DNA of 63,757 bases, filler included, from Conidiobolus incongruus B7586 (GCA_000697335.1; 10 parts of 10 records of this genome joined end to end with filler, not necessarily neighbours in it), one strand, 5' to 3'. Numbered from the whole stretch's first letter, positions 39,501 to 56,056 are shown. Program-made: numbers and translations. The notes: generated by a model not told the origin, from the letters alone.

Positions 39501-40967
39501 TATTAAGCTAATTCTACTTAAGTACAAAAATATGAATTAAAATCTTATTAAATTTTAAATAATTTTTAAATACAATATCATCACTTTATTAAAATTCATA
39601 TCCGATTTTGTGGTTGAGAAAGTGATTGGGCCGAGATGCATAGCTAACAGGTTATTATCAGAAATCTTATTAATAATAATAATAATCATAAAATGACTTT
39701 ATAAAGATATAAGAATGTTTAAATAAAATGTATTTTGTCAAATTAAATTATCATCTTATATATATCAATAATAGTATTAAAAATATGATTTTTTGATAAT
39801 AAAAGATCAAATATGAATACTATTTTTAATTTATGATTTAATAATAAATTATTATCAAAATTATGATTAATATTAAATGATTCAAAAATATTTTTTTAAA
39901 TACTTTTATACCACTCATCAAATTGATTTTCGAGTTTCTAATACTCCTTGTTTTTTTAATTAAATAAACAAATTAATTAAAGTATTTATATTAAAAAAAT
40001 AATGATTATAAATTTTTTGAATTATTTAATATTTTATTATTGAGAATTGAATTTCATATAAATATTTCCATAATCAATATATGTTAAAAATGAAAAAAAA
40101 ATTATAAATTATGGATTAAATATTATATTAATATGATTTGAAAAAAATACAAATAATTATATATATATATATATATATAGCTGCAAGTAAAATCTAAATT
40201 AATAATTGGTTGTATTTTAAGATAATGTAATTATTAACATAATTAAAATACTAGAGAATTTTTAAATTTCACTTTAGCCCTTTCGGACCATTAATTCCAA
40301 ATAAGTTTAACTTAAAATTATCTAATCTTTTTTTTATTACGGACCAATAATAAAAGTGTCAAATATATAATTATAATAATTGATATTAACAAATATTTAT
40401 ATTAGTAGGAAAAAAAACTTTATTATATAACTTTAGATACTGTGAAAAAAATTTTAATTTCTAAATTTTTCAGGTTAATTAATTACAATTCACAAATATA
40501 GGAATTTAAAAAAACAAAAATAGATATTTTTAGAAAATAAATTAATAAAGAATATATTATTATTATTATTATTAATGATTAGTGTCAATATATAGATTAT
40601 CTTAAAAATTATTCTAAACAAAAAAAGAATATTATTATATTATTTGGATTTTTATCACTGAGATCTGATAGAAATATATATATATATTTAAATTTTAGAT
40701 TCATATTATTTAAATGGCATAATTTTATATCACGATAGAATCAAATAAAAAACGTTTTTATAATAGTATTGATTATTAATATTCGGATGATACAAATTAA
40801 AATAAATATTCTCACAGAGAAGATTCAATTACTAAAAAAGTAAATTATAATATGATTTTATTTGTAAACTAACAAATACGAAAATGAATTTGTATAATGG
40901 TATTTTTTTATATTAATTATTTCATTCAATGAAATAATTTTTATAAATATTTAATATATATATTATA

Positions 40968-41834
40968 TTAAACCTGAGAAATTTCAATATTCGAAGGTAA
41001 CTGAGCTGATCCCTTGTTAACAAATCGATTCGCCAAATAATTTCTCAAACGATGTAAAGAATAAGAAAATGCTGATAAAACTAAAAATACAGCAAATACT
41101 AAAATAATACTTGTTGCAAATTTAGTAGGTTTGTGATAATCTAAAAATCCATAAACTAAAAAGCCATCCCTAGAAAAGAAAAGTTAATATATAAATTAAT
41201 TTTCATAATAAATTATTTAAAATTACACTCTGTAGATAATAAGAGCATAGCCCATATAAACGAACAAAGTAATCATAACTCCGAATATATAAGCATAATC
41301 GAATTGATGATTACCTACAAAGATTTCAGTTATGGCGAATACACCATCAAAACCATGCACGGAAATATTCAACCAAAATCTAATGGGTGTGTTATCTTTT
41401 TTAGGATTGAATACAAGACTCCAGTAAATAATAGGTACGAGCACATGAACAATGGTAATTGCGTGATATAGACCTGTAAATATTATATTCAATTTGGGCC
41501 ATCCTTCTAATGGAATCTTATCCGTTTTTAAATAATAAGCAGTGAATACAATGGATAACTAAATCATTTAATTAGAATATTAATAATATTAAAATATAAG
41601 TCATAAACTTACAAATAAATATAAAGTCAAGCAATAATAAGACAAAACAGTTAAGTAAGGATAGAGAGCATGATCTTCTGTATGATAAACAATTGTATGA
41701 TTAATCACAATAATTACAGCATAAATAAATAACAAAATCCTAACGCCCAATAGGATTTTTGAATTGAACAAAGCTGAAGTGACCTTGTTGATAGGATCAG
41801 GTACTTTGGGTAATAAACGAATTTTAAATTTCAT
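40968..41834 (-). CDS. Multi-pass membrane protein, FAR-17a/AIG1-like (3 exons: ~41834-41611, ~41558-41227, 41169-40968)
   Basis: About six hydrophobic segments; motifs YLTVLSYY.L..Y, VPIIYWSL, NISVHG, VYGFLDY; two short GT-AG introns join the two ORF-track pieces and a third exon. Confidence 0.75.
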
Positions 41835-44800
41835 TATTTTATAATTTTTTAATATTAATTAAAAATAAAAGATTTTTTTATGGCTAAAAAATGCTTATAT
41901 AGTAAGATATCTTTTTATTATTAAGTATGACTAATATATTTTCAACAAACTTTGGTTACCTAATATAATCAAAATTGGCTGATTCGAGTTGAATAATCAA
42001 ATGACAAGTTCTCAATCTCCATTCCACAGGATTTTCAAATCCACTGATTGTAATCATATTCAATCCATTCGAAGGTATACAAAAACACTTCAAACTGTGG
42101 GGAAAGGATAAAAAAACCTGAGTTTGAGATTCAATATTATCTCATCAAAAACATCAATAGAGTTTATTTTGGATATAAATACTTATAACTATATTTATTA
42201 GTAAGAATTTATGGAATAATTGATACACTTTAAAGCGTATAAACAATTTTTCCATATTTGAATTAAAAATTTAATTTTTATGATTATTTAAAATTTTACC
42301 AGATAAAATAATTAGAATATTAAATATAACTTTAAAACTATCAGAAGATTATTATAAATATTAGACAAGAATATATTAGATTATAAAGGAAATAATTATT
42401 ATATTATTAAAATTATTAACTTGCATTTTTCCATTTATTAATCTTTTGTTTTTCACCCTTTATTTTAACAATCAACAATATCAATTATAAGAATATTCCA
42501 CTAATTTTCTTATTTAATTCGAGAAAATTTTATATGAAAATTGAAAAAGAAATATTATTAATAATATATATTGAATATTAAATATTAAATACAATATTCA
42601 TCCATTATAATTATTTATTTCTTTTGTGAAAATTTATTAGTTTGATTAATAAATAATACTTATATTCATTCAAAAACAACCTAACAAATATGAAATTTAA
42701 TGATAATATCATTAATTTTGAATACCTTAATTATGATAATTCAAAACATGTTATATATAACCAATAGTCACTATCACACTATTATTCCTATATTAATAAA
42801 TTTTCATTTAAACATCCAAAATTATTTCAGTTTAAAATATAAGTTAATTGTGTTAAATTTAAAATTATCTTTAACTCTCAATTATATTAACCTCGCTTTA
42901 AAACTTCTATACCAAGAAAATAACTTAATATTATCCTTAATCATTATTACAATTAATTTAACAGTTAATTGAAATTAGAAAATACTATTTTGATCATTTT
43001 ATATTATTGTTAAAATGTTTACTCAATATATAAGTTTCTCCATAAAGTTCAGAATATTAACTTATTTTTTATCAATTAAAGTGGATTTGAATATTTTCTA
43101 AAAAAAATTTTAATTATACATAAATTATAAGTTATTCATTATAAAAATAAATTATTATTTAATATTAATAAAATATTTTTTAAAAAAAATTAAATCATAA
43201 TTTATATTATTTTAAAATTAGTACTCTTTTTCTCTAAAAAGAATATAATAGAGAAACTATTCTTTACTATCCACCTAATTTTCAAAATATTCCTAAAAAA
43301 AACAAATAATCTTATACCTTTCCATCTCGAATTCAAAATCAATTATGTTTAAATTAAAAATCCAAATTAATATAAATATTTTACCATTAAATAAATAGTT
43401 TTATACTAAAATATGCTAAAGCATATTTTCACTCAAATAATAATATTGAATTATATATAATTTTCAAATGTAAGTTTGGTTAAAATGATATAATATTATC
43501 ATACTTGAATATATACAAATTATTATTAATTAATTAAATTGTAAAATGTCAACTATTGATTGTATATGATAATAATAGCTGGACTAAATTAGATCAAAGC
43601 GGTTTATTAAATTTTAAATAACTTGGTAATTATTATAAAAATTAACCTATAGTATAATTATAATCACCACAATTTTAATACCCCAGCTTTTTGAAATAAA
43701 ATACCGAAAATGCATGGATTATTAATGACACACATATAATTAATTAATTGAGAAAGAGTTTATACTTTATAAGTATTATCATTTGATATTTAAACATTGT
43801 TTATTTTAAAAGATTTGTTTATAATGGATTTTGTTATTTGTTCACATTATTTCAAAGATGTAGATCAATACTTGATATTGTTAATATTGGACATTTTATA
43901 AAAAGTGCTCAAAATTGTGATTGATTAAAATTGAACTTAATGATATTTTTAATGGGAAATCGGAATTATCAAGTTTTTTTTATATTAAAATATAAACTAT
44001 ACATTTGATAATATTTACTATAAAATATTAATCAAAAATAAATATATCAAATTACGAGTTTATTGATTAAATCTTGATATAAATTGATTATTTTATTATA
44101 ATTATAAACTCCATAGTTACTTTTCTATGTTGATTTAGTCAAAAATTAATTAATTGCAATTATTCAAAATTTAATTAATAAAAAAATAAACTGTAAATAA
44201 ATGAATATTACAAATAATAACAACAATTATAATAGTAACTTAGTACAGTCACTCATATTTATTAGAAATTTTCTTTTATATTCTCTTTAATATAATTATC
44301 ACCAAAATATCTATTAGTTTGATAAAGCCTAAACTAATATAAAAAACAAAAATACTAATAATAATTATAATCAACATTATTAATAGTATGAATTTATTTA
44401 GGAATTTATTATTTAAAAAATAATAAACTAATATATCAAAACCATTAATTATATATTAATTAGTTATAAGTTATTATTACTATTAAATTACCAACAAAAA
44501 AAGACTGAAGAAAAGTTTAAATATATTATTAAACAGTATAATTAAAATAGATAGATATCTCCAATCAAAACTATATTTGAATAAAATTAATTTTATCACT
44601 ATCACCTTAGTTTGTAGACTATGGACTGAGCTATTCTTCCAAGTTTATATATTTTACCTAAAAACTATATTTCTAGCAAATATAAAAATCCAATATAATA
44701 TTCCAACTATCAAACAATTAATTAAATAATAAAGATATTATTAAAACCAAATAAATTTGAGTTAATCTTTAATTTAGGAAGTTATTAATAATATTTTTTA

Positions 44801-47800
44801 AAAATATTAAATAAATAAAAGAATATTATAACTATCAGGATTTTATATATAATTTCAATCTTTATGTTAATTAAAAATATTAAAAATATAGNNNNNNNNN
44901 NNNNNNNNNNNNNNNNNNNNNNNNNNNNNNNNNNNTTAATTAATTAANNNNNNNNNNNNNNNNNNNNNNNNNNNNNNNNNNNNNNNNNNNNTATATATAT
45001 ATATTATTTACAATATATAAATATATATTAATTATTAAAATTTAATTAATAATTAATCTTATTTTGTCTTTTATGTTTATTATTTTTTGGTTTTAATTTT
45101 TAATATTAGTTAATTGATTTTTTTATATTAAAAATAGAGAATAATTATAATTGTAATATCTTATTTTTATAATTGGTATTAACTTTAATTATAACTCCTA
45201 TTTATTATTGATTTGATATAATATAAAATATTAAATGTTTGTATTTAAGCCTTAATTTAAAATCTCAAATGGCGTTATTTTCAAAAAACCAGTCTATGAA
45301 ATTCAGTCTCAAAATCTAGTTTATGGAGCTTTGAAAAGACATTTGAATAGTATATATTTCTTTTTAGAGCTATATATTGCTTTCTCTATGATTAAAAAGA
45401 AATTTAATATCAGATTTTTAGTAAAACTTTAATCGAACTAGAGTTTACATGATTCTCACTATTCTGGCTTTATTATTATATCTAAGACAGATTGTTAATA
45501 ATCTAACCTATTCTTGTAATATGAGATCAAAAATATAGTCAGAATTTATCTTATTTTACTAAGAATGACAATTTCGTGTTTAATCTATACTGTTTAAAAT
45601 TAAATACTATTCTAAAATATTATGAAATATTTTGCTGAAAGTTATAGTTTATCAGGGCTTTGATTAAATATAAAGAGGTGTGCTCAAAACCAGTAAAAAT
45701 TCTGGAAATAATAATGCAGATTATTTATACTATTTTGAGAATAATGTACTCATATCTAGTTTCATTCGGTAAAATAGTGATACATGCATTCATTTGAAGA
45801 TCCTGGTTCTACCTCATCAATCTAATTACTTGGCATTACATCGGATATTTTTAGTACATATTAATATAACTATATTAATTAAAGTTTGACAATTTTGAAA
45901 TTACTGAATATAGCAATTTTCATAATGAATATTATGTTGGGCTTGTAAGACGAGTAACTTGAAATACCCCCACTTAATGAACCTATAATATAATTCTAGA
46001 AAATTAGTTGTACAGTTTTAAGAATTTCCAAATAGTTGCCCCAAATTAAAAAAAAATACACAAATTGAATTATAATTTCAAAAATTATTCTTGTTAAAGA
46101 TATAATGAGGGCAGAAAGTATTTAAAATTCTATCATAATATGAACTTGTTAAAATTGATATTATTGAGTTGAATCGTGTAATAAGAAACAATTAAAAACT
46201 ATATTCTATTTACACTGAAATGTATAATTAATATAATATTAATCAATTAAATAAAATTTTAATCATTAATAATTTTATTGAATAGTTGAAATATTGTTTT
46301 TTAAATTATTTTTCAAAAGGATGAGTTAATATACTGATATTTTAATGGCATCAAAGTTGTCATTATAAGTGAATATGATTACTTTGATATATTGATTTAA
46401 AATCAAATTATGAATTAATCGAGTACGAGGGTATTGATATTCTTAAATTCACGATTCAATCTGGAGATAATATCGTTTCCACTTGCCATATTTTAATGTT
46501 TTGGATTGTAATAAGTATTTTATGGTATTATTAAAATATAACCTATGATTTTAGATTTATATATATTATTCCATCACACCATTCAACTATTAACGAGGAC
46601 AAAGAAAATATTTAATAATTTGTAAAATTAATCTAAATTTGAAATATGTTAGATTTCATCTCATTTCAATTAAATTTTGACCAATCATAATAGATTATTC
46701 GTGAGTCCTTTTATTAATGAAAAAATCATTAAATTGTTAATAAAAAGATAAAAAATTAATTTTAATTAAATTATTTAATTATATTAATCATTTTATTAAA
46801 TATTTTCAAATATAAAGATACATTTTGAATCCACCAATAATGACTTAATTATATATTAATTGGATAATGGTATATTGATCAAATATATATGACTTCTCTT
46901 ATTGGTTAAAATATAGTAATATGAATATAAAATGTACCATTATCTTTGAAAATATTAAATACTAGATTAATGATAATTTGGATAAATTTAAAAACTGTCA
47001 TTGAATCAATTGTAAATGTATCAATTAAAAATTGACAGCATTTGATGCACCTTTATTTATCAAATTGATTCTTTGTGATAATTGATAACATTGCATTGAT
47101 TGTAGTTATCAATAGTAACAAATTTTGCAATTGAAAAAGATTCAGCATTGAGTATTATAATAAGAATTCTGAATCTCATAAGTCTTATTCAAAATTTATT
47201 TAATTTATTTATATTTAACATCCAATCATAATATTTGGTTAAGGTTTAAAGTTTTTATATAAATTATTAATATTCATTATAAATAACGCTCTTTTATCAT
47301 ATCAAAAAATATATAATAATCTTGAATAATAAAGTTGAACATATCAAAAACTCTTATATAAAATAGCAGTAACAAATTTAATTATGATTAGGCGAAGAAA
47401 TACGGTAAAATCGACAAAAATAGAATAATAAAATTATTTCATCCTGTAAGATTAGAGAATTATTTTATTTAAGCTGTGTGTATTCATAATATAAAATTTA
47501 AGGAGCTTAATTAACAATCGTTGGAATTCACCAATTAACCAAAGGGTTTCAAATCAATGACTTCATTCACATATTTGCTCTCCCCTTCAACCAATTGCAA
47601 CGAAAATAAAAATGTAGCTAAACCCAATATTTCCGTTAGCCATAATAGTAGAACAATCAAATCAACGTTGTTATAAACAACTGTAAAATATTAAATAAAC
47701 TTGATTAAAAGAATAGTAATCTGGTTTCATTCTTGCTATTTCTCATCATTAATCAATCATTCATTATTGAAGCAATCATGCAATTTAATTGGCAGCTACC

Positions 47801-48018
47801 GTGTCATTCAATTTTCCAAATGATATAAATACCCCAATGCAACTATTTCCCACTTTTGGATCATATTTTAATTTTAATCTCTTTTTACCCTTTCGAACCC
47901 TGAGATTTTTACTTTTATATTTCTTATTAAGGCTTTGGTCTTTGTATTAAAAAATAGTACAACTTGTAAATTATCTTGCTCCCTGCTTTATTTTGTCTCA
48001 TATTTAATCATTGTTAAA

Positions 48019-48939
48019 ATGAATCAGTCTAACTACAATTACCATAACTATTCCTATCATCACATACAACATCACCAAGCTCCAAATCACCCTCACCAGA
48101 TTCACTCTCCCTCTTTCCCCAATCATTCTTATCATCCACCACAATGGGAGCAGTGGGATGATTATACACAAGTGATTGCTTTCAATCGTCAACAACAGCA
48201 TCACCAACAGCAAAGTTTCCTTAATAATGTCAACTATCAGTCTGTTCAATTTTCTGCAACATCCACACCCCCCGTGATGTATCAGTCATTTGCAACACTG
48301 TCGTCATCACCTCCACTTCCCCAGGCGACTTCTTTGCCAATACCTTTTTCGCAATCTGTCATTGCAGCACACCCTAGTGCACTCCAGCTTGCTGCTATCA
48401 CCCCCAACCCTGAGACTATTTCTGTCAAAGAACTTAAATCTCCTAAAATTCCCGAATGGGCTCCTATTCCTCACTCTTCATCACCTCCGTTACAACAAGT
48501 CTTACAATCTCCGAAAACTCCTCCAGAATGTGTTCAAAATCCTCCAATGACAAAGGAAGGAAATACAAAACCTCTAAAGCCGGAGCCACCTACAACAACC
48601 TTGCAGTCTCCCGCTTCAATAGCCTCACCAGCAGCACGACCATTTGCATGCGAGTATTCAGGTTGCTCCAGGTCATTTAAACGTGCAGAACATCTCAAGC
48701 GCCATGTGAGGTCGCTCCACACGAAAGAAAAACCATACCTTTGCCCCGAGCCCACTTGCAAGAAAGCATTCAGTCGCTCAGATAATTTGACACAACATAC
48801 CAAAGTTCACAAGAACATGTCGTACATCGTATCTAAAGGCCAAACCCTGATGCTCAAAGCGCTCGATTCACCATCCCCACTACCACCAACAACAACAACA
48901 TCGACAGTGATCAAGAACGAAATGACGAATCGCACTTAA
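48019..48939 (+). CDS. C2H2 zinc-finger transcription factor, Seb1/Msn2-4-like
   Basis: Two fingers, RPFAC....[27 protein letters not shown]....[20 protein letters not shown]-rich N-terminus; first ATG at 48019 (47935 is TTG); TATAAA at ~47825. Confidence 0.88.
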   Translation: MNQSNYNYHNYSYHHIQHHQAPNHPHQIHSPSFPNHSYHPPQWEQWDDYTQVIAFNRQQQHHQQQSFLNNVNYQSVQFSATSTPPVMYQSFATLSSSPPLPQATSLPIPFSQSVIAAHPSALQLAAITPNPETISVKELKSPKIPEWAPIPHSSSPPLQQVLQSPKTPPECVQNPPMTKEGNTKPLKPEPPTTTLQSPASIASPAARPFACEYSGCSRSFKRAEHLKRHVRSLHTKEKPYLCPEPTCKKAFSRSDNLTQHTKVHKNMSYIVSKGQTLMLKALDSPSPLPPTTTTSTVIKNEMTNRT

Positions 48940-51900
48940 TCTAACTCTGTCTTGAAAAATTTGTTAAAAAGCATCCAATATTTTGAATCTCCATCATCAC
49001 CATTGTAAAATTTTCAATAAATTAATTTATTTAATCTACTACAGCTCACCTAGAAACTCCTTACAAGTTGACTAAACTCATTTGTAACTCATTAACATCA
49101 ACTATCCACACACAATCTACCCACTTTGAAAAAGGTAAAAACATACTAATTCTATTAAGTATTAAATTATTTAAATTCATTAAACATTTCTTCATACTTA
49201 AATTAATAGTTGATTACTTAAAATTTAAACATTTAAGATTTTTTTATTAGTATAATTTTTAGTCATTATTAATTATTATTATTATTATTATATTTTCTTT
49301 GTGAAATGTATTTTAAAATTAATAAATTTAATATATAAATTCAATAGATAATTAACTATTTTTCAAAGTTGATTCATTAATATAAATTTTTGTAATAATT
49401 TTCATATAATGTTTAATAATAATAATAAAATTTTAATATTCCATTATATATATATATATATTCAATATCAAAATTTATATTAATTTAATTTGAATCATTG
49501 TTAAAATTATTGAATCCATTAATAAAATTAACTATTGATAATGTGATGATTGTTCATGTCAAAATAATTAATATCTTATTAATATAACTTGTTAATTGCG
49601 TTTTAAATTATATTGATAATATCGAGTTTCAATTAATAATTGTCTCTTTTATATATTTAACACATAAATTATCTTAAATAAGCTTAAATAAGAATATAAT
49701 ATAAACAATTTAGATTTTGTATTATAAAATAAGTAATATAATTTAATTAGTATAAAAATTGTTTAAAATATTAAAAATTTTTTTATTTTATAAAATATTT
49801 ATAATTTTCAATGAATTTTAAGAATTAAAAATAATTAATATTTAAACTGAATATTTTAATATATCATTATAATAATATTATAATTTTTATTAAATTACAT
49901 AATAAAATCTCATTTATCAATATAATCTTTGCTGATAAAATTCTCATTTTAATTACAAATTTCACAAATTTTATACAACAAATTTATGTATGATCTTGGC
50001 GTCCAATGTCACAAACAATGTATTAGGGAGCGTAAACACATTAACCTACATTCAAATGATCTGAGATGACCTCTGCAAAGATGTTCAGGTTCTAGATTAT
50101 TTTTAAATATTCATGTAACATTGAACACTTTCAAATTGTAGATTTTGTTTTTATATATTCAAATAATATTTTGAACTAATTTTTTTATTTTTAATAAATT
50201 TTTAAAATTTAAAATCAAAAAGCAATATACATATAATTTTTTTCTCTTAAGAATATTATTAAAGAGAAAATTATTAATTAATGCTCACAAAATAGTTAAT
50301 TCTTTGAAAAATGAAAAAGCATAATTCTATTATTATCATTTTTTTTCAATATGATTAAAATTCATAAATTATATCAATAGCTGTGCAAATATGTGTATCC
50401 TAATTATTACTGCTTTTAAAATTATTTAATAGTTGAATTAATTATATTCTAACTATTTTAAAATACTTATATTTTTAAATTAAATTTATGATCTTCATAA
50501 TATTTTGGTATTCTTTCAAAATGATTATTTAATATTGATATACCAAACAATGATTTGTGTAGAGTATAGTTTTATGGATTAATATTTAAACCGAGAAGCA
50601 TTGAAAGCCTATTGAAATGCTTGCTATTACAGCTGTAAGAATTGCAAATTGTTCAAAAATAATAAATTTTTGAATATGCAAGAATTGCATTTTATTTATA
50701 CAAAATTAATAAAAATGTAAAATTTCACCAGCATATATTAAAAAAATTGATGAAAATATATTCAGTATAATATTTTTATAATACCTAAAATGTTAAATAT
50801 TTCATTATAATTCAACTGTTATTTCAACATTGGATTATCAATTTACATACTAACTATTCAATCTACTCTAAAATTAAGTATTACTCCTGAAATTAATATT
50901 AGGGCATTAATTCATTTATATGTTCAATTAATTACTAGGACAATCAGTCATCAGCTCTCGGGTTTATGCTAAGACTTGTTCCTATTGACTTTTATGTCTA
51001 AATAATACAGTTTTACTATCAAATTTATTAAAATTAATTCGAATTTAAGATGATGGTAGAAAGCTTTGGAACCACTATCTGTGAAACATATTAAAGTATA
51101 TTTGTTTTAATAGTTTGTATCTGATTGAATATTGTTAATCATATCAAATATCGAACATTCTCCATACTTATTTTTTGTTAGTCTATAATAATTTAATTGG
51201 TTTATTATTAATAGAAATTATAGCATTTAACTTCAAGCAATTTTGATCATATTCGTAATATATATTATTAAAGTATAAATAAAATTTATTATTTTGTTTA
51301 TATTGAAATTTTTACATTGATTTTTGGTAAAAGGAAATTTTATCATTTAATTGACAAATATAATTATCAAAATCACTAATTTACCTAATTTATCATCAAA
51401 AGTATAGATTCTAATGAATCATTATTTTTCTACATTAATAAAATTTTAGTTAGCAATATTCACTTAGTGATATATAATATTTCAATATCCGAATATATAA
51501 TTAGCAATTTCTAATAATAGCCATTGATCAATTAATAATTGAAATTTAATTATTTATAAATTATTATTTATCTATTATTTTACTAATGATTTTTTTTATT
51601 TATATAACTGAATATAGTTTTGTACTTAAAATAAGAATAATATCAAAATTTTCTATATTTTAATTATTGAAAAAATTAAATAAATTAATTCTTTTTCTTA
51701 TATTTTTATTTAAAATATTCATATTAATATTATTTCAAAGTTTAATAAAGAATATTAATAAATTAGAACATATAATGGAATTGATAAGAATTAAATTTCT
51801 AAGTTAATTTTTTAATACTATTAAAAAGTAAATAAATCGATAATATATATTTCTAATATATTTTTTTAATAGAGTGTTATTGTATAAAGCCTTTAATAGT

Positions 51901-53968
51901 TTAAAAAAACTATTAAAAAACTATTTTCCAATAATAACTAACTCTTAATATTTTTTTAAATTAATTTAATAGAATATAAACATAAAAATTGATTGCTATA
52001 ATTTAATTATTCTTTATAAACCAATTGTCTCAAATTTTTTATTTTATTATACTTTAAGTTTTAATAGCAATATAATATAAAAAATTAAGATATTTATATA
52101 ATTTATATATACTAACATACAAAAATAAGTCATAAAATTAACATTACTCATATCTTAAATAATTTTTAATTAAATAAATTTAAANNNNNNNNNNNNNNNN
52201 NNNNNNNNNNNNNNNNNNNNNNNNNNNNTTAATTAATTAANNNNNNNNNNNNNNNNNNNNNNNNNNNNNNNNNNNNNNNNNNNNTTTTTTTATATAATTT
52301 TATATTTAATAACCAAACAAAATATTAAATTAAAATAATCCCTTTTAAAAAATTTAATAAATTAATATTTTATTTATAAGAATTTATTAATTCTTATAAT
52401 AAATTATAATAGTATAAAACCTTTATTATATTTTTAAAATTTAATTCAATTAATAATAAGTTTTATATTATTTTATATTGTTTATTAAGTAATATAATTT
52501 TTAATTGGTTTTTTTGTTATAGATTAAAGATTTCTATTATTTTATTATTATATAATATTAAAAACTAAAGTTATAAAAGTTTTTATATTAAAAAAATACA
52601 AAAGCTACCAAATTTAAAATATTCAATAAATTATAACATATATAATTATATTAGTTTTAAATATTTAAAAAAATATGCTTTTAAGAAAAAAATTCCTATA
52701 AATAATTTAAATTAATATCTAAGACATTATATTTCAATCTTTAATAACAAACTGTTTTTTAAATGTTAAAAGTTTGTTAAAGATATAATAAAGAGTCATT
52801 AATAATAAAACAGAGTATTGATTTTATATTATGTATTAATTTTTATAATTTATATTTTAATAATTTTATTGAATTTTAAAATTTTACCATTAATTAATTT
52901 AAATACTAATATTTTTAAATAATTAAATCATTTGTTTAAAATTATTATTTCATTAATGATAATTACAAATCAATTATTATTCTCTTTTAATACTATTAAT
53001 AATATATTAATAAAAAGTTAGATCTATCTAAAATCTAATATATTTAAATAAATTAACAGAATCATAAATCAAATAAGAATATCCTATAATATGAAATAAA
53101 TTCTATTTCAAAAATTATAGTATCAGCTGAAATATTCAATTTCATTGATATTACCACTTTGAGTATTCCTAATTTTTATATCTGAATCATTTAATAAAAT
53201 ATATTACAGTTAACAACAATTTATTATGCTATACAATTATGATATTTCCAAAGGATATGGTATTAATCCTAATATCAATCCAGAATATAAATTAAACTTT
53301 CATATAAATTTTTGCCAGTATTAATATTAAAATTAGTTTAACATATATTGGTAAAAAAGGTAAAATTCATAATTGATATGAAATCAATTTATGTGAAAAA
53401 TTGAAAAATTATGGAGTAGACGATTATTAGAATGATCTATTTATATTGGTTTTTTTTTAAATTTGAAAAATATAATATAATATAATATATATATATATAT
53501 GAAAGAATATATTATTTTGAAAATTTCAATGGAGTTTTGAACCAAATCATACTTATATTTAATAAAATTCTATCAAAAAATAACCAATGATAAAAATATG
53601 AAAAATTTTAATTTAAACATTTAACAATGTATTAGATAGATTGATGGAAATATAAACAATTATGTAGATCAAAAAAATAATGAATCAAGGATAGCAAGCA
53701 AAAGCACACTAAACTTTAAAAATATTAGATGGAAGGATATATATGCTAAAAATAATAAAGTAAAAATTTAGTTGTAGATGAAAAAATAGGAGATCCATAT
53801 TAATTCCAAGTGTAGTAAATATAATAATAGTAATAGTTGTAGTATATCAGATGTGTAAAATACATGACAGGTGACGATAATGGTTTGGAAAATATAGGTA
53901 CCTAATAAATATCTGTTGATGGAAATGAGCTGCTGGTTGTAACACGGGAGTAATGATGAGGTGTTATA

Positions 53969-56056
53969 TTATTCTTGAGGTCGAATTAGAACTGCAAGCT
54001 CTCGAGTCGAGCATGACTTTTGGAGGAATGGATGCTAAATGAATCGGATTAGTAAAATGATTCAATAGAGTTAATGGAAACCTTACAAGTAATAGATCTT
54101 TGGAGGAAGCACGGCTTTCAATATCTACACACAAACAAACCGAAAGGAATCGCTTGAGTTCGAAGCTTAGCGAATCGGGGTCTTTGAGCGATGGTGTGCC
54201 AATGGTTGCTATCATATAAAGTGCTTTAAGAGGCTCTTCGTCCAAATAGGGTGGCTCATTTTCGACCATTTCAATCGCCATAATACCTAGTGACCAAACG
54301 TCCACCTTGGTATCATATTCCTTCTGCTTGACGATTTCTGGCGCCATCCAGTATGGAGTTCCCACCATAGTAGCTCTCTTGCGTTGGGTATCCGATATTT
54401 TGGCACAGAATCCAAAGTCAGCTAATGGAATGGTCAATAATACTGAATAGAGTAATAAAAATGAAAAAAAACTTACTAATTTTAACAGAACCATCTTCTC
54501 CCAACAAGATATTATCACTCTTAATATCTCTATGAATAATATTCTGATCATGAAGATGCTTGAGACCTTTGCAAGTTTCTAAACATATACAGGCAATTTG
54601 CTCCTCCGTGAGGGTATTATTATCGATAGCATCTGTCAAGGGGCCTCCCTTCATATATTCCATTATTACCCAAAGATCGTTTTGGACTAAGAAACCATCT
54701 AAACAATTGACAATATTGGGGTGTTGAGCTTCCTTCATCACTGAAAGTTCGTTGTAGATAAGTTGCTTTCGAGGTTGTTTGGGTAAGTCGATCTGTTTCA
54801 TCGCGACAGTTTTATTCGTAGCTAATTGGACTCCAACGAAAACGGAACCAGAAGCACTAAAGAATAATCAATCGTTAATAAAATCGAAATAACTAAGTGC
54901 TGAACAGTTACCCTTGACCAATCTTTTGCTGTTTCTGGTAAAACTTGTTAATATCACCTGGATTGACGAGCTGTCCTATTGAATAACAGTATTAACAAAC
55001 GAATATATAGAGTACAAAATAAAATAGAGAACTTACTTAATTTCTCTATGACGACAGCATCAGACATACTTTCGGAACTCGTTAACTGATTCTTAGAGCT
55101 CTTAGAACTGTTATTAGTTTTAGAATTTTTATTACTATTCAGAGCGTCAAATGCCGTTTTGGTAGAATTTTCCCGGGAAGAACTGGGTGTTTCCTAATGA
55201 TTAGATTAGAATGAAGTACAAATACCTACATTTAAAAATTAAATACAGTAGAATCGTCAAATAATATACTCAAATGGTTCGGTAGTTCGGGTAGCAGTGA
55301 CATAGGTTGCTGGGGAGGTGCTAAGGTGGACAAACCGTTGTTCGCATTCATATCTTTGGGTATTAATCCAGTCCACTTATCGTGATAATCATCTTGGTTT
55401 TGTTGACCAGTATAAAATCCTAAAGCATCGATAACAGCTTGAGGATTTGCACTATATTCCTCTTTGGTAATATTTGATCGTTGAAGTAAAGCTGCCCAAC
55501 CGGGAGGCAAACCCTAAAGTTAATATTAATAAAAGAATTGACAATTATTAAATTTAATTACAGTAAAAGCACCGCTGACAGGGTCAAAATCGACATGAAC
55601 TTCATGAACAAAATTCGTTGGCATACTTACTGTAGCGGAGGAAGAACGCTAAAATGGTAGAAATAAATATATAGAAAGTGAATAGATGGCAAATTAAATT
55701 ACCTGATAAATGGCGTCCATCCAAGAATACAACTCTTCATCACTACTACAACTGATATATATTGTAGAGTCTTTGGTACATAGTTCAAAGCTATGTTTTT
55801 TAATTTGACTTCTTGTCACCTCTTTAATTTCTTTTAAAAATATAAGTGACTTGGGTTGAAAAGTTGACTACAAGCAAATTGTTGAATAAGTGAAAAAGAA
55901 AAATGAATTTAAAGGCATAAATAAATTTACCTCATTACGATGAAACGTTAAAGTATTCTCCTTTAATAAAGCCCACCTCCTAATAAATCTCCAACCAAAG
56001 TTACTCTTTTTAACTTCTACGTAACCTTGTTTGACAAATTCTGTAGGTCCTTCCAT
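53969..56056 (-). CDS. CLA4: PAK-family kinase, Cla4-type (PH + CRIB + kinase), 9 exons
   Basis: PH domain (VKQGYVEVK...RWALL...[10 protein letters not shown]); CRIB ([29 protein letters not shown]); kinase ([48 protein letters not shown]); all introns GT-AG; stop TAA 53969-53971. Confidence 0.93.

Noticed and set aside
42700..42972. 90-aa hydrophobic ORF (similarly 49068..49250, 36461..36652, 34125..34319, 15368..15586)
   Set aside because: Composition typical of chance ORFs in AT-rich DNA, or antisense to a pseudogene
43575..43605. GGACTAAATTAGATCAAAGCGG resembling the Fanzor right end
   Set aside because: Short partial match without upstream hairpins or coding motifs; could be chance
48004..48803. 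Four short ORFs overlapping the zinc-finger gene (also 28401..28667 over RCN1)
   Set aside because: Shadow frames with no recognisable motifs
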